A stretch of 64,000 bases of DNA. Source: an uncultured Candidatus Binatia bacterium. Its GTDB lineage: Bacteria; Desulfobacterota; Binatia; UBA9968; JAJDTQ01. The DNA is taken from positions 1,838,858 to 1,902,857 of the forward strand of contig OZ241976.1 of assembly GCA_965204205.1 (NCBI GenBank), written 5' to 3'. The notes under the pieces are model-generated. The model worked only from the letters and a program-made list of their open reading frames with translations. It ran no database searches and was not told the origin of the DNA. How positions within the stretch are numbered: position 1 is the stretch's first letter; every line of letters starts with the position of its first letter. Below are positions 60,350-64,000 of the stretch, one piece after another. Position numbers and translations under genes: made by a program.

Positions 60350-60508
60350 CTATTCGAGGACGGCCGAGGGGGAAATCTTGAAGGCCTTGTCCAGAACCTT
60401 GGCGCGCGCCTGATCGGTCCTGGCCGCCTGGAGCTTCACGCGCAGCTTGGCAAGACTCTTGCGCCGCCTGCGCCGGCGCTTGATTTCCGTGGTTCTCTGA
60501 AGCGGCAT
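60350..60508 (-). CDS. Small arginine-rich hypothetical protein (52 aa)
   Basis: It is not in the ORF track because it is under 60 aa. The sequence is MPLQRTTEIKRRRRRRKSLAKLRVKLQAARTDQARAKVLDKAFKISPSAVLE. GC3 is high, as in the real genes here. It is co-directional with and 48 nt downstream of the aldolase gene. No SD is visible. Confidence 0.4.
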   Translation of the reverse strand: MPLQRTTEIKRRRRRRKSLAKLRVKLQAARTDQARAKVLDKAFKISPSAVLE

Positions 60509-60556
60509 GGCGGTAACGGTTAGCACACACCCCGCGGGGCCGCAACCCTGCGTCTC

Positions 60557-61480
60557 CTACACTGCCTCGCCGGCGTAGATGCGCATTACCTTGTCGAGAA
60601 GCGCGATGGCGTCGGGCTTGCTCCGCTGGAAGGAGTTCCGCCCGATGATGGAGCCGAACCCGCCGCCCTCGTGGATGGCGCGGACCTCCGCCAGCAGCGC
60701 CTCGTCGCTGGTGGCGGGCCCGCCGGAGAAGATGACGATGCGGCGACCGTCGAAGGCCGACTGCACGACGTGGCGTATCCGGTCCGCGGGATCGGCGATG
60801 GGGATCCCCTCTTTCTCGAAAACCTTGCGCGCCGCGTCCTGCTCGATGTTCTCTGCGGGGAACTTGATCTTGATGATGTGGGCGCCGAGCTGCGCGGCGA
60901 TCTGCGCGGCGTAGCCGCACACGTCGACGGCCGCTTCGCCCGCCTTGCTGATCCCCGAGCCCCGGGGATAGGACCACATCACCACCGCCAGGCCGTTGCG
61001 CTTGGCCTCTTGGGCGATGGCGCGGATCTGCTCGTACATGTGGAAGCGATGCTCCGAGCCGGGATAGATGGTGAACCCGACGGCAGCGCACCCCAGGCGC
61101 AGCGCATCCTCCACGCTGGAGGTTACGGCCATGGTGGGATCCGTCTCGTCGTTCAGGAGGTCGTGGTTGTTGACCTTGAGGATCAGCGGAATCTCGCCGG
61201 CGAACTCCCGGGCGCCGGCCTCCAGAAAGCCCAGCGGTGCCGCGTACGCGTTGCAGCCCGCGTCCAGCGCCAGCTCGAAGTGATAGCGGGGGTCATAGCC
61301 AGAGGGATTGGGGGCGAAGCTCCGGGCCGGACCGTGCTCGAAACCCTGGTCCACGGGCAGGATCACGAACTTGCCGGTGCCGCCGAGCCGGCCGTGGTTC
61401 AGGATCCGGGCCAGATTCGTCAGGGTCCCGGGGTTATCACTGCCGTACCAGCCCAGGACCTCTCGTACTCTTTCGGTCAT
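60557..61480 (-). CDS. Class I fructose-bisphosphate aldolase (DhnA/FbaB-type)
   Basis: Trimmed to MTERVREVLGWYG, with GAGGAGGAGG upstream. It carries FVILPVDQGFEHGP, PLILKVN and IIKIKFP, and has the roughly 307-aa DeoC/FbaB-type TIM barrel pattern. It is adjacent to fbp. Confidence 0.75.
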   Translation of the reverse strand: MTERVREVLGWYGSDNPGTLTNLARILNHGRLGGTGKFVILPVDQGFEHGPARSFAPNPSGYDPRYHFELALDAGCNAYAAPLGFLEAGAREFAGEIPLILKVNNHDLLNDETDPTMAVTSSVEDALRLGCAAVGFTIYPGSEHRFHMYEQIRAIAQEAKRNGLAVVMWSYPRGSGISKAGEAAVDVCGYAAQIAAQLGAHIIKIKFPAENIEQDAARKVFEKEGIPIADPADRIRHVVQSAFDGRRIVIFSGGPATSDEALLAEVRAIHEGGGFGSIIGRNSFQRSKPDAIALLDKVMRIYAGEAV

Positions 61481-61502
61481 CTCTCCTCCTCCTCGGGCGG
61501 GA

Positions 61503-62495
61503 TCATCCTTCCGCCACGAACCGTTCGTAAAGGGCGACATTCTCAACGCTGCCGATGGCGATGGGCGTACGCTGATGGATGGCCTCCGGCACGACGTCCA
61601 GCAGCCGGCCCCTGCCGGTGCTGGCCGCTCCGCCCGCCTGCTCCGCCACGCACGCCAGCGGCGCGCACTCGTAGAGCAGCCGCAGCTTGCCGTTGGGGCT
61701 GCCGGGGTCGCCGGGGTAGAAATAGACGCCGCCGTCCAGCAGACAGCGGTGCAGATCCGCCACCAGCGCGCCCGTGTACCGCAGGGAATGGGGCCGGCCG
61801 CTGGGCTTGTCGCTGTCGGTCACGTAGTCCAGGTACTTGCGCACCCCCGCTTCCCAGGCCTTTTGCCGGCCGACATTGGCGCTGTAGACCGCACCCTTTT
61901 CCGGACAGCGGATGTCCTCGTGAGTCAGGATGAACTCCCCTACCCCCTTGTCCAGGGTGAAGCCGTGTACGCCGGCGCCCACCGTGTACACCAGCACGGT
62001 GCTGGTGCCGTAGAGCACGTAGCCGGCGCACACCAGCTCGGAGCCCTTTTGCAGGAACTCCTCGCCGGAAAGCTCGCCGTCCCGGCTGCGCCGGAGGACT
62101 CCGAAAATCGTCCCCAACGGCGCGTTCACGTCGGTATTGGAGGAACCGTCCAGGGGATCCGTACAGAGAAGGTAGCGGGCGTCCTCGGAAGTGCTCATCA
62201 CCACGGCCTGCTCCAACTCCTCGGAGGCGATGCCCGCCACCACGCTGCAACCGGAGAAGGCGTCCATGACGATCTCGTTGCCGATGACGTCGAGCTTCTT
62301 CTGCATGTCGCCGGTAGCGTTCTGGTCGCCGGCCAGGCCCAGCCTGCCGGCGAGAGCGGCCTGATCGACCTCCCGGGCGAGAACCTTGCCCGCCAGCGCG
62401 ACGGGTTCCAGGAGCGCGCGCAGGTCGTCCGCGCCGTCCTGCCGCCATCCCCCTTCCTCGGCGAGATGTCGGCTCAGCGTCATGCCCGCGGCCAT
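61503..62495 (-). CDS. fbp: Class 1 fructose-1,6-bisphosphatase
   Basis: It carries DPLDGSSN, GTIFG and YPGD, typical of type I FBPase. AAGGAG lies 8-9 nt upstream of the ATG at 62495. Confidence 0.85.
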   Translation of the reverse strand: MAAGMTLSRHLAEEGGWRQDGADDLRALLEPVALAGKVLAREVDQAALAGRLGLAGDQNATGDMQKKLDVIGNEIVMDAFSGCSVVAGIASEELEQAVVMSTSEDARYLLCTDPLDGSSNTDVNAPLGTIFGVLRRSRDGELSGEEFLQKGSELVCAGYVLYGTSTVLVYTVGAGVHGFTLDKGVGEFILTHEDIRCPEKGAVYSANVGRQKAWEAGVRKYLDYVTDSDKPSGRPHSLRYTGALVADLHRCLLDGGVYFYPGDPGSPNGKLRLLYECAPLACVAEQAGGAASTGRGRLLDVVPEAIHQRTPIAIGSVENVALYERFVAEG

Positions 62496-62681
62496 CTTCT
62501 GGACTCCTTGCTGCCGTTGTAATGCATCACGTTAAGTTAGGAGCATGTTCGCCCGAAAGTCAACGTCGCGCCGCGGGGAACGCAGCACCACAGGCCGAAG
62601 GTATCGGCAGGGAAGGTAGCTGGAGCCGGGGAGTTGAAGCCGTGGGTCGCCGGGCGCACGAACCCGGCGGATACGGAGATG

Positions 62682-63593
62682 CTATGCCCTGGCCGCCGTC
62701 CTGCCGCCGGGCAGCACGCCGAAGTCCCCGAGTATCCTCGCCAGGTGCTCTTTGTGGGCTTCGGTCATTACCGGGAGCGGCGGCCGCACCGGACCGCCGG
62801 CAAGGCCCACCATGTCCATGCCGGCCTTGACCACCGCCGCGTGGCCGGCCGCCTTGCAGAGCATGCGGTACTCGGCGAGCCGCAGGTAGAGCGCCTGCGC
62901 CTCATGGGCGTCGCCGCGGACGGCGGCGTCGTAGATCTCCACCACCGATTCCGGCCAGAACGACGCCGTGGTGGCGGTGTTGCCGATCATTCCCAGGGCC
63001 AGGCACGGCCAGATCATGGCCTCGGCGCCGCCGATGAGCGCCATCCTGTCCGCCGCCAGGGCTACCGTCTCGTCCAGCTCGACGGCATTCTGGGCCGCCT
63101 GCTTGATGCCGGCGATGCCGGCGACGTCCGCCAGCTCCGCGATCATCGCGGGGCGCATGCTGTAGCCCACTCGGGGCGGGGCATTGTAGAGGAACACCGG
63201 CACGCCGACCTCGGCGATCCGCTGGAAGTGGTCGCGAATGCTGGCGTCGTTCACGTTGTTGAAGTACGGCGGCGTGGCCATGACCGCGTCGGCGCCCAGC
63301 TCCTTCGCGTAGCGGGTCAGCTCCACCGCCGCCACCGTGCCGGAATGCGACACCCCCAGCATGATGGGCTTGCGGCCCTGGTTGGTCTCGACCGCGATGC
63401 GCATGGTCTCCAGGCGTTCCTCGTCCGTCACCGAAGCGAACTCTCCCTGGGTGCCGAGCACCACCAGCACGTGCGCGGAGCTTTCGGCGGCGAACGAAAC
63501 GTTGCGCGCCATCCCTTCCCGATCCAGCGAAAGGTCGTCCTTGAACGGCGTCGTCAGGATCGTGTGAATCCCCCGCCACTTCTCGTGATCCAT
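62682..63593 (-). CDS. DapA/DHDPS-family class I aldolase (specific substrate unknown)
   Basis: 303 aa. It carries TTPF, VLGTQGEF, YNAP and the Schiff-base lysine context IAGIKQA. Confidence 0.75.
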   Translation of the reverse strand: MDHEKWRGIHTILTTPFKDDLSLDREGMARNVSFAAESSAHVLVVLGTQGEFASVTDEERLETMRIAVETNQGRKPIMLGVSHSGTVAAVELTRYAKELGADAVMATPPYFNNVNDASIRDHFQRIAEVGVPVFLYNAPPRVGYSMRPAMIAELADVAGIAGIKQAAQNAVELDETVALAADRMALIGGAEAMIWPCLALGMIGNTATTASFWPESVVEIYDAAVRGDAHEAQALYLRLAEYRMLCKAAGHAAVVKAGMDMVGLAGGPVRPPLPVMTEAHKEHLARILGDFGVLPGGRTAARA

Positions 63594-63821
63594 TTTTCCT
63601 CCCAGGTATTTCTCGGAATGTTCTCGAACGAGATTGGATCAACGCTATATTGATTGCCGCGACTCTGTCAACACGCCCGACCGGCCGCTCCCGCCACGGA
63701 CGCACCTTGACAATCCGGTCCCCCTTGGGTAACCGAGGACGGGATCACCCCGGCCAGTACAAGCACACCCTGCCTTGGGCAAAGACAACGAACTCGCCCG
63801 GGTAGTCGACGAGGCACAGGC

Positions 63822-64000
63822 ATGGCCAGCGACAACTACACCGTAAGGCAGGTCAGCTACCCCAGCGGCGGCATCGACGTCAACGCGCTCCTGTTCGAGC
63901 CCGCGGATGTGACCGCGGGTGCTCCGGCCGTCGTCCACCACCCGTCCCACAAGAGCCCGGCAAAGCACTACGAATGGTACCTCGGGAAGTTGGCGGAAGC
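63822..64000 (+). CDS. Partial CDS, possible dienelactone-hydrolase-like alpha/beta protein (N-terminus only)
   Basis: The ATG at 63822, with GAGG upstream, opens MASDNYTVRQVSYPSGGIDVNALLFEPADVTAGAPAVVHHPSHKSPAKHYEWYLGKLAE with high GC3 and runs off the window. The pattern weakly resembles DLH-family N-termini. Confidence 0.35.
   Translation, partial: MASDNYTVRQVSYPSGGIDVNALLFEPADVTAGAPAVVHHPSHKSPAKHYEWYLGKLAE

Overview
This is a gene-dense, high-GC bacterial chromosomal segment (by eye roughly two-thirds G+C). It holds about 62 protein-coding genes and 2 tRNAs (Gly-GCC and a CAT-anticodon Met-type). I recognise no rRNA, no CRISPR array, and no transposase, integrase or phage structural gene. 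The dominant content is catabolism and transport. Eleven paralogous Amidohydro_2-type (ACMSD/LigI/LigW-like) genes are interleaved with uptake systems: two ABC importers, one complete TctB-TctC-TctA tripartite tricarboxylate transporter, and two extra tandem TctC binding proteins. Alongside them are a family-III CoA-transferase, an LLM flavin monooxygenase, a flavin reductase plus glcDEF-like FAD/FeS oxidase operon, two paralogous SDR epimerases and an unassigned alpha/beta-hydrolase. There are also two maleate-isomerase/arylmalonate-decarboxylase-fold proteins, one of which lacks both catalytic cysteines. Housekeeping genes are scattered through the window: argC, thiI, rdgB, pgsA, fbp, a class I aldolase and a rhodanese-ThiF sulfur-transfer enzyme. 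Four inserts look accessory. They are a Gp49/HigB-type toxin with an extended XRE antitoxin; an orphan ParD-like RHH gene; a lone wHTH-GHKL ATPase-STAS-like fusion on an AT-richer islet; and an AlbA_2/GHKL/wHTH gene translationally wedged between an M20 peptidase and an O-methyltransferase, next to a TbpB/fHbp-like lipoprotein. Intergenic DNA carries at least three GTAG-flanked REP/REPIN-like palindrome families. All family assignments are by-eye motif recognition, not database searches. Start codons were refined from the ORF track using SD motifs and family-typical N-termini. The candidates I rate most worth follow-up are the two GHKL fusions, the cysteine-less racemase-fold protein inside an ABC operon, the amidohydrolase swarm, and the permuted rhodanese-ThiF/thiI neighbourhood.
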